From Eledone cirrhosa (lineage: Eukaryota), in contig OZ024745.1 of NCBI GenBank assembly GCA_964016885.1, positions 24,862,001 through 24,926,000 on the forward strand: a stretch of 64,000 nt of DNA. Direction: 5' to 3'. The notes beneath the pieces are model-generated. The model was not told the DNA's origin and ran no database searches. It saw only the letters and a list, made by a program, of their open reading frames with translations. Of the stretch, positions 39,551 through 52,510 are shown piece after piece; within the stretch, counting starts at the first letter, position 1, and every line of letters begins with the position of its first letter. Both the position numbers and the translations under genes were made by a program.

Positions 39551-41119
39551 TTCTTAACTTATGTCTATCCAAAATGGCTTTATATGTAGTCATAATAAAT
39601 AATATTCTGCAGTCATAGGTCAGGTTGAAAACGAACAACATAACGACCTTCACAATTCATTGAATACAGGTCGTTATCCTAGAAGAAAATGGCCAAGAAA
39701 ATAATATAACCCGCAAATATTGCCAGTATCTGAATACAACGCTGTTATGAAAGCCTTGTATACTAAACAATGGGAGTCATAGACAGAATACAGCACAAAC
39801 AGACTTATAGAATTTTGTATCAGAAATTTGTTTAACAGATTAAGTATGGATGTAAATAGGTTAGAAAGCATTATAGTATATATACTTTGGAACAAACTGT
39901 CTGAAGTGAAATTGCTTTGCTTATTATTAAAGAATACACACATAAAAATAAAAATCACACATCGTGGCAAACAACTTAACACTTGATATGTTACAGCAAC
40001 ATAGCAAAGAATATAGACATCAAAAACATGAAGAAATAAAACTGAACATAATACGAAAAGATATATACGAACCGTCAACACAAAACTAGCACACGTAATA
40101 AATTAATAAACAAACAAATCGAAATATCTGCTACAAATGACAGAACAACAGAATCATATTTCAAATGATCGAGAGACGACCTATCAAATGACACAAAAAT
40201 CAGAATAGGAGAACTAAAACTAATCCACTTTGAGGAAAGAACAACGATACCAATATTACCATAAATAGCTAAAAACAAAAGAAATAAGACCAACAAGTAT
40301 TACAGTCGTAAAAATGATACAAGATGGAAGCAACGGTCCAGATATATTACACATAAATCACAGGAATTCTACGACTGCTACTCTGATATATGAAGGTATA
40401 TAAATACAAAATAGGAAATATTTTTCACCTATGACCCCCTCCGAGATAACTAAGCGGGTGATTGACACCATTGTTTTTTTCTAGTATACAACTAATGCCC
40501 ACAATCCCTAAAACACACAAATGTTTCACTCGTTGTTGTACTACATATGTACAATCAAAATGACCTACAGTCCTAACTATATATCTATATAGAGGAAGCA
40601 CACTATAGGTGAAGGTCAGTCACAATCAACAATTGTGAAGCGAGTGTTTGTTTACCCATCATCACAACAACCACAAGATAACCATCAGGAAAGCAAGGAA
40701 TGCCTTATGAGTCACCTCACTTCCTAAATTGCATCCGCCTTTTCCGGTTCCTTACCAAGAAGATCTTTATCACTAACCGCCATACATGTAATTAGGAGGG
40801 CTCTGTTGTTGGCACTCCTGCATATAAATACACTACCCTCATCTCATTATCTCTTCTTCTATGCACACACGCATACATACATAGACATGCACGCACGTAC
40901 GCATACACACACATGCAGATACGCGCGCCCACACACACACAATAGAACTACTCCCTTCAAACTCTCCTTTACAACACCCCCCCTGCCTCGCTAAATACCT
41001 ATTTTCTTTAGTCGCTCAAACTCAACAAAGCCACGGATTCCAACATTATTCTCTCGATTATCCTTAAACAATGCGCAGTAAGCTATCTTCTAAATTCCCC
41101 AAACTATTCGATCTTTCTC

Positions 41120-41208
41120 CAGGGTGAGATTTATCTACATGTGTGCCCTAGCCAAACTCGTCAGTGGGCCCCCAAATTTATAGAATGGTTGGCATGTTTC
41201 AGTATCCA

Positions 41209-41301
<93 letters not shown>

Positions 41302-41875
41302 AACCACTTGAAAAAAAACATTTTAATTAATTAACACGAAACTGGTTCATTAAGCTTCTCTTTTGAAAACACAGTTAAAATTTAAGCTCCCACTCCTTAC
41401 AAAATAATAGTAAAATTGGTTTTTGAAACTTAATACTATAATTGTAGAAAGCAGGAACCAATACCACGAACCATTCTTTCGGACGTTTTAACAACTCTCA
41501 ACATTCGCTGCCTAAAACAATGATACGAAACTGTTGAAGCAGACAGGGTCAGCTACAGCCTGAATTGATTATAAAAGAGTATTGGATATGATCCTGTAGA
41601 GGCTCGTGGTTTTGTGGTAAGAGTGTTGGCCTTACGATCATAATGCCGTGGGTTCGATTTCTGGATAATGAAACATGCCAACATTATGTATGTATATTAC
41701 TGTAATTTTTTTGCAATGGCCAAATGTCAATAAATACTACACATTATATTATAATGTAAAAAATACGAATGTAACATATTACTTTTAATCAAATTAGTTT
41801 TATTTCAGTGGGCCTCCAAATACCTGTGCGTCCTAGGCCACTGGCTTAATATACCTATTGATAAATCCAGCCCTG
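41120..41875. mobile_element. Old MITE-like DNA element (hAT-like) with nested insertions
   Basis: Terminal inverted repeat cagggtgagatttatc / gataaatccagccctg (13/16 match); 8-bp flanks tctttctc and ttttcctc (6/8). Confidence 0.5.
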
Positions 41876-42280
41876 TTTTCCTCTGTCTATTGAGTTCTAC
41901 AACAAGCTATGGAAACATAGAGTTATATATTCTGCCTCTCAAAAGGGTATAACATTTATAAGAAAAATCAACAAAGAAAAACAACACAGCAGAACAATAC
42001 AATTCAAAGATAATATGTATGAGTTTAACGCTTGGTGTAGTGTAAGTGTCTTAGCATTTCAGACGTTAGTCCTTCATCGGAGGATAGAATGATAGAGTGA
42101 AGAAGAAATAGAAAATTAAACGAGAGTAAAAAAAAAAAAGAAAGATAACGGGGTAAATTATTTTTTCGTGGGGAAAATACGTATGGTGTTAGTCAGCCCA
42201 ACATAAACCATACCCCAATATCCTAAGATTTCTTCCAGAGACGGTTAGATTGTGCGAGAAAGGAAATGTGAAAGAGATAT

Positions 42281-42546
42281 AGAGGAAGAATCAACCCCAG
42301 TACATATATTTACATATTACTGTATGCAGGACTGCATTATCTACACAATGAACCCTATATTATGGGGGTAAATCTGACTGCTATTTCTGGTAGGTGAAGA
42401 GATAACTGGGACGTTTTTATCGACCTCGAATTGATGAAAGGCAAAGCCGACCTCGGCGGGATTTGAACTCAGAGAGCAGAGAGCCGAAACGAATACCACA
42501 AAGTATTCTACCCGACGTTCTAATGACTCTGCCAATTCGCTGCCCT
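42281..42546 (-). mobile_element. tRNA-derived SINE (second subfamily) interrupted by a ~100-bp insert
   Basis: Colinear with 12797-12962 except for 42304-42406. Confidence 0.82.
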
Positions 42547-43214
42547 GCATCATGTGCTCCCATCAGTTTATTTACCTGTTAGTGGTTAACATTGCAATTG
42601 TCTTAAAACACTAATCACAATATATCTGATAACCTCTTGATATGTTTGTAGTTGGTTAATCTCAAGTCAGCCGCGAAGGAATAGACCTGTGTGTGATCCA
42701 AGACATTCCAGCCGTGGCATTACGGTATGCAGGACTGCATTATCTACACAATTAACCCTATATTATGGGGGTAAATCTGACTGCTATTTCTGGTAGGTGA
42801 AGAGATAACGGTGATGTTTTCCCATTGGGATATGACTACTGACATGAAGATTTGTCGGTGCCATTGAATTCAGCAAGACTTCACCATTGAACTTATGCTA
42901 TCCAACGTTCTTTTATTCTTCGATAGGATGTTTCGAGTCATAAACTTACATTACAGTGAGTTGACAGCATCTCGCCCTGACTTACATTCTATAAATGTTG
43001 TTGTGTTATATCTACATAATGGATATATTCTGATGTTGAATTAATTCATATGCTCTATGGTGTGTTGTGTAACAAACATAGACATATATTTACATATATG
43101 TATATATCAATATGCAAAAAGGAAGAGTGGAAAAGCACAGAAGTATATTTAAAGATTCTTTTTTTTTTCTTTAATCCGACAGAATAAATATTTTTATATT
43201 TGTTATATTAAACA

Positions 43215-43390
43215 GGGCGGTGGCATATAGTTACGTCCCTTTACGTTCTGGGTTCAAATCCCGCTGAGGTTAGCTTTGCCTTTCATCCTTACAGGGTCGA
43301 TAAAATAAAGTACCTGTAACTCATTGATGTTGATATAATCGACGTTCCCCTCCCCCAAAATTGTTGCCCTTGTGCCTATATTTGAATCCA
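43215..43390 (+). mobile_element. tRNA-derived SINE with a head deletion
   Basis: B box gggttcaaatcc and central box. Confidence 0.82.
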
Positions 43391-43439
43391 TCAATGAATC
43401 AACTCGATCGTTACTCGGAGTTTTATCCGGCCAGAGATG

Positions 43440-43802
43440 AGAGATTTATAGCATCAATCCTTTGGGCGATATCCGCAAGGTAAATGTCCGCTCTCCGACA
43501 GGTTCGCGGTCATGCCCTTGGCAGTGGAGACTTCTAGTGTCTTTTTGCCCTAGGGCTACCTCCCTATTCACCACCATAGGCGCTGAGCTGGCCAGCTTCA
43601 GGTGTGAGCCTCACGAGCTGAAATGGCTCTTCCAGCGCATCTCCCTTACCATCCTCCGGAGAAACACCTTCTCCATCCTGTCCGCCGGGGCTGTGGGGAG
43701 GCCAGCACGTGGGACCCCATTTTCTCACCATACGGATTGATAGACAAAGTTATAAACTATTGTAAATAAATCTCTAGTTATATATATATAAAAAAAAAAA
43801 AA
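43440..43802 (+). pseudogene. 3' fragment of a CRE-like RLE LINE with poly(A)
   Basis: AVETS.. and ELKWLFQRISLTILRRNTFSIL resemble the CRE C-terminal motif LFQRLS...RGNA; aataaa then an A-run at ~43790. Confidence 0.65.
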
Positions 43803-44242
43803 TGTTTCAAACTTTGTAATAAGAAACGATTTTGCCACGTTTTAACTTAATATCCTGTACCACACGAAACCGCATTAGCAAGACATTCTTGAAAAGTACA
43901 AAACAGAACTATGACTGCATTGCATTACAAATTGACAACTTTAGTGTCACATAATTGAAATTGTTCTTGAACTCGCATGCATTATAAAAGAAAGCAATTC
44001 AGGGTTGCTACCCTCTTGAACAATAAGCAAAACATCTGCTGGACAAAACCGTCGGATTCCAAACTTGTAAAAATTACATTCGTAAAAACCGAACAATTCA
44101 TGAACTAAATGATTATATTAGAGCTAAGACATCCGCTATAATCCCAACCTCAGACATCATCCATATCTTCCAACCCTTAATGAGTATGAGGGAGACAAAT
44201 ATTCATTGTGTGCGTGAATGTATGCATATGTACAGAAATGCA

Positions 44243-44300
<58 letters not shown>

Positions 44301-44308
<8 letters not shown>

Positions 44309-44544
44309 ATGTAAGCTATCGCCGTATTTGACTAAAGAAATTAAAGAAATTATTTAGCCTGATAGTGGGGTTAAGAACCCTCGGAGAAATGGAAAAAGAT
44401 GACTATTGACGTACCCTAACCCTAACCCATGTATGTCAATACTCATCTTTTTCCATTTCTCCGGGGGTTCTTAACCCCACTATCAGGCTAAATAATTTCT
44501 TTAATTTCTTTAGTCAAATACGGCGATAGCTTACATTTCTAATA
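44301..44544. repeat. Imperfect palindrome (~113-bp arms) with (CCCTAA)2CCC in the loop
   Basis: Arms 44301-44413 and 44431-44544; (TA)n flanks. Confidence 0.9.
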
Positions 44545-44568
44545 ATTTCAAACCGGCTCGCCGATTCG

Positions 44569-44653
<85 letters not shown>

Positions 44654-44778
44654 TGCATATATATAATATATATATTTATATATTCGTACATACATACACA
44701 CACACACATATATTTGCATACATATATCATATCATATTATATTATATTAAATTACACACACACACACGCATATATATG

Positions 44779-44838
<60 letters not shown>

Positions 44839-45166
44839 TATATATAAATATATATATGTGTGTGTGTATGTACGTATATATAAATATATATATTATATAT
44901 ATATTATATATGTATTATATATATATTATATATATATATGCATATATATTACATACATAAATATTATATATATAGCATATCATATATATACATATATACA
45001 TATGTATGTATATATTGATGTAGTAAAAGTTTGTAAACATGCAAATATAATTAAAGCAAGGAGTCGATAAGATATTATTGATACCAAGCTGGAAAAACGA
45101 TATGTGGCAAATATCGTGATAACTTAATGTAGTTTAGTTTTTCTACTGATCAATAAATATTATATG

Positions 45167-45199
<33 letters not shown>

Positions 45200-45202
45200 A
45201 TA

Positions 45203-45317
<115 letters not shown>

Positions 45318-45407
45318 GTATATAATATATATGCATATATATAATATATATATTTATATATACGTACATACATACACACACACATATATATATGCATACA
45401 TATATTA

Positions 45408-45609
45408 GGGCGGTGGATTGGCAGTATCGGTAGAGGGTCGGACGCCATGCTTTGACGCATAGAGTTACGGCCCTTGCCATTCTGAGTTCAAATCCCGCCG
45501 AGGTCAACTTTGCCTTTCATCCTTACGGGGTCGATAAAATAAAGTACCAGTAATGTACTGGGTATTTGTTGGCCTTGTGCCTAAAAGTAGAAACAATTAT
45601 ATTATTATT
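45408..45609 (+). mobile_element. Full-length tRNA-derived SINE
   Basis: A-box-like tggcagtatcgg (45419), B box gagttcaaatcc (45484), central box resembling the Deu/Nin-type SINE domain (from memory, unverified), (ATT)-like tail. Confidence 0.92.
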
Positions 45610-46640
45610 TCTTAATCATCATCATCGATTCTTTATCTATATCTCTTTATTACTTCCCTCTCTCTGTCTTTCTCTCTCTCTCTCACACATACACACACAC
45701 ACTCGCTCTCTCTCTCTCTCACACACACATACACACGCAGATACACACACACTCTGTCACACTCTCTCTCACACACACACACATACACACACACATACAC
45801 ACACACATACACACACACGCTCTCTCTCTCTCTCTCACACACACACGCATATACACACACACACTCTGTCACACTCTCACACACACACACACACACACAT
45901 ACACACACACACACGCTCTCTCTCTCTCACACACACACACTCGCTCTCTCTCTCTCTCACACACACACACACTCTCTCTCACTCTCTCTCTCTCTCTTCC
46001 TCCCTCTCTCTCTCCTTTTCTCTTTCCATGGGAGAAATCGGCAGTGTGAGTGAAATTTGGTAGACCTAGACTACCCGGAAACCCGTCCAATGGACTCTAT
46101 CTGGAATTCAAGGAGCCACCTTTGTTACACACTATCACACTGAAACTCCCTGAAAATTACATTAAGGATACACGTGTCTGTGGAATTCTGAGACACTTTC
46201 AGAAGAATGTTGTTCTGGTGATTGACGAACTGAAACACATATCGACGAAACTGACGGAGGTCCATGAATGTATGTATTCATGCATACATATGTCCGTATG
46301 TATATATGTATTTATATGTGTATGCATATATATATAAAAACAAATAACGAAACGAAATTAAATTTCGTTTCGTTTGTAACTCACTTTTGTATGACTGACG
46401 CTTAAACAATTAAGTTAAAAATTAAGTTAAAAATGTACATCCACATATGTATACTGAAATACTAGTATGCATATGAATACACACACGTATACATATGTAG
46501 ATGTACCGAGTTTTTCACTGATCACTTTACTGTGAGTGTCCAGCTATTCTGTATGTAAACACACAGACAAACCGGTTTTTAGAGTCATACTGGTTTTTGA
46601 GGAAACACCTTTCCTCTATTCTCCAGAAAGCCAGACAAGG

Positions 46641-46685
46641 AATATTGAACTAGTTTCGATGTTGTTACATCTCATCAGCAATATT
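46641..46685 (-). ncRNA. Minimal type I hammerhead ribozyme (family B), GUU triplet
   Basis: Same as 25935-25979 with UC changed to UU. Confidence 0.83.
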
Positions 46686-47089
46686 TACCTATCTTCCGGT
46701 CTCTCTAGAGAATCGTAAAAGCACATATCGTTATATGCTTTTTCTATGAAAATTAGTAGTGGGCAGACTAATTTGCATAGAGCGTGAGTACGTACCGGTT
46801 CAACGGAGACGATAAAAACAAATAACGAAACGAAATTAAATTTCGTTTCGTTTGTAACTCACTTTTGTATGACTGACGCTTAAACAATTAAGTTAAAAAT
46901 GTACATCCACATATGTATACTGAAATACTAGTATGCATATGAATACACACACGTATACATATGTAGATGTACCGAGTTTTTCACTGGTCACGCTCTATGC
47001 AAATTAGTCTGCCCACTACTAATTTTCATAGAAAAAGCATATAACGATATGTGCTTTTACGATTCTCTAGAGAGACCGGAAGATAGGTA

Positions 47090-47134
47090 AATATTGCTGA
47101 TGAGATGTAACAACATCGAAACTAGTTCAATATT
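47090..47134 (+). ncRNA. Minimal type I hammerhead ribozyme (family B), GUU triplet
   Basis: aatattg-CTGATGA(47097)-gatgtaacaacatc-GAAA-ctag-TT-caatatt. Confidence 0.83.
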
Positions 47135-47352
47135 CCTTGTCTGGCTTTCTGGAGAATAGAGGAAAGGTGTTTCCTCAAAAACCAGTATGACTCTAAAAAC
47201 CGGTTTGTCTGTGTGTTTACATACAGAATAGCTGGACACTCACAGTAAAGTGACCAGTGAAAAACTCGGTACATCTACATATGTATACGTGTGTGTATTC
47301 ATATGCATACTAGTATTTCAGTATACATATGTGGATGTACATTTTTAACTTA

Positions 47353-47387
<35 letters not shown>

Positions 47388-47390
<3 letters not shown>

Positions 47391-47584
47391 AAAAAGTATG
47401 ACCCCGACGGCAGAGCTCAAGCTGTTTCGACGGCTATTTCTGGACTATTTCTAGTCCAGAAATAGCCGTCGAAACGGCTTGAGCTCTGCCGTCGGGGTCA
47501 TACTTTTTCCTATTTCCCACTCTACTACCCTAAGTATTGAGTACTCGGGTGCGTTATGGTCCATCTGGTTCCTTACCACAATTC
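47388..47584 (+). mobile_element. Family C PLE-end fragment with fold-back, cut by an RTE derivative
   Basis: Palindrome ~47387-47512 followed by the family C 3' sequence. Confidence 0.72.
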
Positions 47585-47590
47585 TCTCCC

Positions 47591-48018
47591 GGCCATCCAA
47601 AATCACCGGGAGAGATGACCCCTTAGCCTTTGTCAAGGCAGAACTCTAGGAGAAGGAAAACTCTGATATAACACCTGCAACCCTGATGGTATACAATGAT
47701 GTTGACTAGTTCTTCTTTTTGGTAAATATCATCTTGGTTAAGAGAATGGGACTGGCTTTGTGCAGTGCCTTTACTCACTATAAAAGCTTCACGGCACAGG
47801 CATTGCTTTATATCTGGAGATCTCTCTGCACTTGTCGTCACATGGTACCATGGGCCCAGCACTATGTGTCAATAATTGTCACAAGTGTAGTGTTTGTACC
47901 AGAGTTTTCAAGTCGCTGGCTGGACTAAAAAGTCACACTCGTTCAGCGCATCGGTAGGGGTTCTCCTATATGGATATAAAGTAGTGGCCATACTCGAAAA
48001 CGAGTTGGCAGCCACCAT
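47591..48018 (+). mobile_element. Non-autonomous RTE-derived element, 5'-truncated
   Basis: Reverse complement of part of 20525-21080; (ATGT)n tail follows. Confidence 0.85.
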
Positions 48019-48268
48019 GTATGTATGTATGTATGTACGTATGTATGTACGTACGTATGTATGTGTGTGTTCATTATATTATTACCTGGGATGGTCTTAT
48101 CAAAGCTTTTAGTTATAAACGATATTTAATTACTGGTTAATAGCATGCATACAGCTGCGTGCGTGTGTGTGTCATCATATGTGTGACACTGTTTCTGGAT
48201 TTGTGTATGTCTATATGTCTCCCTCCCTATATATATATATATATGTGTGTGTGCGTGTGTATGCGTGT

Positions 48269-48305
<37 letters not shown>

Positions 48306-48465
48306 TGTATAATTAGAGTGTAATAATCCACTATTATTTTTGGTAAGCATTTCATTTTGTATTAAATACATATATATGTGTGTGTGTGTATGTGTGTGTG
48401 CGTGCGTGTGTATTTGTGTGAGTGTATGTATGTTAGTCATTGTGTGTGTGTGTGTGTATGTTTTA

Positions 48466-49177
48466 TGTACATATACACAAGGTTGTATAGTTGATATATG
48501 TACATATACACAAGGTTGTATAGCTAAAGTACGTACATATACACAAGGTTGTATAGCTAAAGTACGTACATATACACAAGGTTGTATAGCTAAAGTACGT
48601 ACATATACACAAGGTTGTATAGCTAAAGTACGTACATATACACAAGGTTGTATAGCTAAAGTACGTACATATACACATTTTAGGTGCACTTATTCATCTC
48701 TCATTCTTCTTTCTGTGTATTTACCATAGATGAAACATACACACACAACCTTGTGTATATGTACATATGTCAACTATACAACCTTGTGTATATGTACGTA
48801 CGTTAGCTATACAACCTTGTGTATATGTACGTACGTTAGCTATTCAACCTTGTGTATATGTACGTAAGTTAGCTCTACAACCTTGTGTATATCTACATAC
48901 TTTAGCTATACAACCTTGTGTATATGTACGTATGTCAACTATACAACCTTGTGTATATGTACGCATGTCAACTATACAACCTTGTGTATATGTACGTACC
49001 TTAACTATACAACCTTGTGTATATGTACGTACGTTAACTATACAACCTTGTGTATATGTACGTATGTCAACTATACGACCTTGTGTATATGTACGAACGT
49101 TAGCTATACAACCTTGTGTATATGTACGTATGTTAGCTATACAACCTTGTGTATATGTACGTATGTAAACTATACAA
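48466..49177. repeat. 33-bp minisatellite in two oppositely oriented blocks
   Basis: ~6 units acacaaggttgtatagctaaagtacgtacatat (48466-48676), a spacer, then ~13 reverse units (48745-49177). Confidence 0.95.
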
Positions 49178-49379
49178 TCTTTCAGTTATCCACTATAACA
49201 CTAACAATAATAAGGATTTGTTTCAATCTATTACATAACAATAATTAATGTGGATAATCAAATGGACAACCTATAAACGTGTAAGTGGCTGAATATTCTA
49301 CTAATACGTAAAGTCTCAGCGAGATTCAAATCGACACAGTATATGATCAAAACTGACCCTTTGAATTACTGTCCATCAG

Positions 49380-49530
49380 ACGGGCTTCCAAATAGTATCA
49401 GTCTACCTAATTTCAATCATAACGTGTATGTCGACCCGAGACTAGGGTAAATGACACTTGCCCAAGATATCATGTGGTGGGATTGAACCCGGGACCTAAT
49501 TATTGCAAAACAAACTTCCTAACTATTCGG
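49380..49530 (-). mobile_element. Decayed CORE-type tRNA-derived SINE
   Basis: acttgcccaag..gggattgaacccggg is a reversed B box plus the start of a CORE-like domain. Confidence 0.65.
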
Positions 49531-49998
49531 CCAATCTATATTATAAAGGAAGAGCTGTTTCTGCGTCTGTTTGTCCGTCATACTTATATGTATATATGTA
49601 ATACATATAATTCTCTTTGGGGGGAGAGGGGTGTATTTCTCTGTGTGTGTGCGTGTGTGCGTGCGTGCGCGTGTGTGTGCGGGAGGTAAAAGGGAGATAA
49701 TTTATGTCATGCTTATAGTTTATTACAAGCTTAAGAAGCTACATACTTTAGAGATAATAAGGTAGACATCAGTAGGAGGGGAGGGAGGGGGCTGGAGTGG
49801 GAGTGGGGAGGAGGGGGCTAGTATGGATAAAGGCAACACACTCCATGTGTGGATTAATATATGAAAATATATGAACATGTGTATTCGTGTATATGAACAT
49901 ATAATAAATACACACACATACACACAAACAAATAAACAATTACACACAAAGATACTGAGACCATATATATGAACATACACACACACACACACACACAC

Positions 49999-50072
<74 letters not shown>

Positions 50073-50122
50073 AGGAGTTGTATTTATATGTATACATGTA
50101 TATATATATATATATATACATG

Positions 50123-50211
<89 letters not shown>

Positions 50212-50212
<1 letters not shown>

Positions 50213-50829
50213 TATGTATACGTACATACATATATGCGTACAGACGTACAGTAGTATGTATATATATATACATACATGCACACATATATATATGTACGTA
50301 TGGGTTTACCGAACATTTATTATAATGTTCGGTTTGTTTGTAAACAAACAGCCCGAATTACGCCGTACAGTGCTCGGCAATCCTCGTCGCCTTTTTGTTC
50401 AATACTGACACAGGAACGATGTACTAGTTTCAAGCTTATTAGCTATCGTCAGCATCGTATACCTTTCTGTCAGATGATTGAACGTTTGGAAGTATATACT
50501 TTCCTTATGCATATTAACGGCTGAGGAGCCTAATTTGCATATCGAGTGAGTTAGTTCCTGTGTCAGTATTGAACAAAAGGGCGACGATGGTTGCCGAGCA
50601 CTGTACGGCTTAATTCGGGCTGTTTGTTTACAAACAAACCGAACATGATAATAAATGTTCGGTAAACCCATACGTACATATATATATGTGTGTGCATGTA
50701 TGTATATATATACATACTACCGTACGTCTGTACACATACATGTATGTACGTATACATACATACATACTTACATTTAAGTAACTGCCGTACTAAGAGTGAG
50801 AAATGAAATTTCGTTTCATTCTTTTCCAT

Positions 50830-50830
<1 letters not shown>
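50212..50830. mobile_element. Diverged sister of family B (B2) with a fold-back
   Basis: ~50215-50417 is inverted at ~50554-50757; same motif order as family B; HHR in the central part. Confidence 0.75.
50416..50458 (-). ncRNA. Minimal type I hammerhead ribozyme (family B2), GUA triplet
   Basis: Reverse complement reads acgaug-CUGACGA-uagcu aaua agcuu-GAAA-cuag-UA-caucgu. Confidence 0.85.
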
Positions 50831-52380
<1,550 letters not shown>

Positions 52381-52510
52381 TTTCACGTGGTATACACACT
52401 CACAACATAACCTTGTTCTCTCCAGCTCATAATAGTCATTTGCTCGAGACTAGAAGACTAGCATACAATAGAATTTGGGAGAATAGTTTCGTATGTTATG
52501 ACTTGGCGTT

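Larger units (their letters stand above)
46336..47354. mobile_element. Family B retrozyme-like element: ~1.4 tandem units plus an inverted ~365-bp segment
   Basis: Sequence at 46341 recurs at 46819 (478 bp = 466 + a 12-bp duplication); inversion junction at ~46988. Confidence 0.82.

Noticed and set aside
39640-40700. A-rich stretch as a decayed PLE/LINE ORF (also 43800-44200)
   Set aside because: Only vague motif traces; too degraded to call without a profile search
45408-45500. tRNA genes at SINE heads (also 41600-41665)
   Set aside because: A and B boxes are present but there is no cloverleaf, and the sequence runs into SINE body or is decayed
46050-46337. 95-aa ORF in unique-looking sequence as a host exon
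   Set aside because: No clear splice acceptor and no recognisable homology; cannot be supported without RNA data
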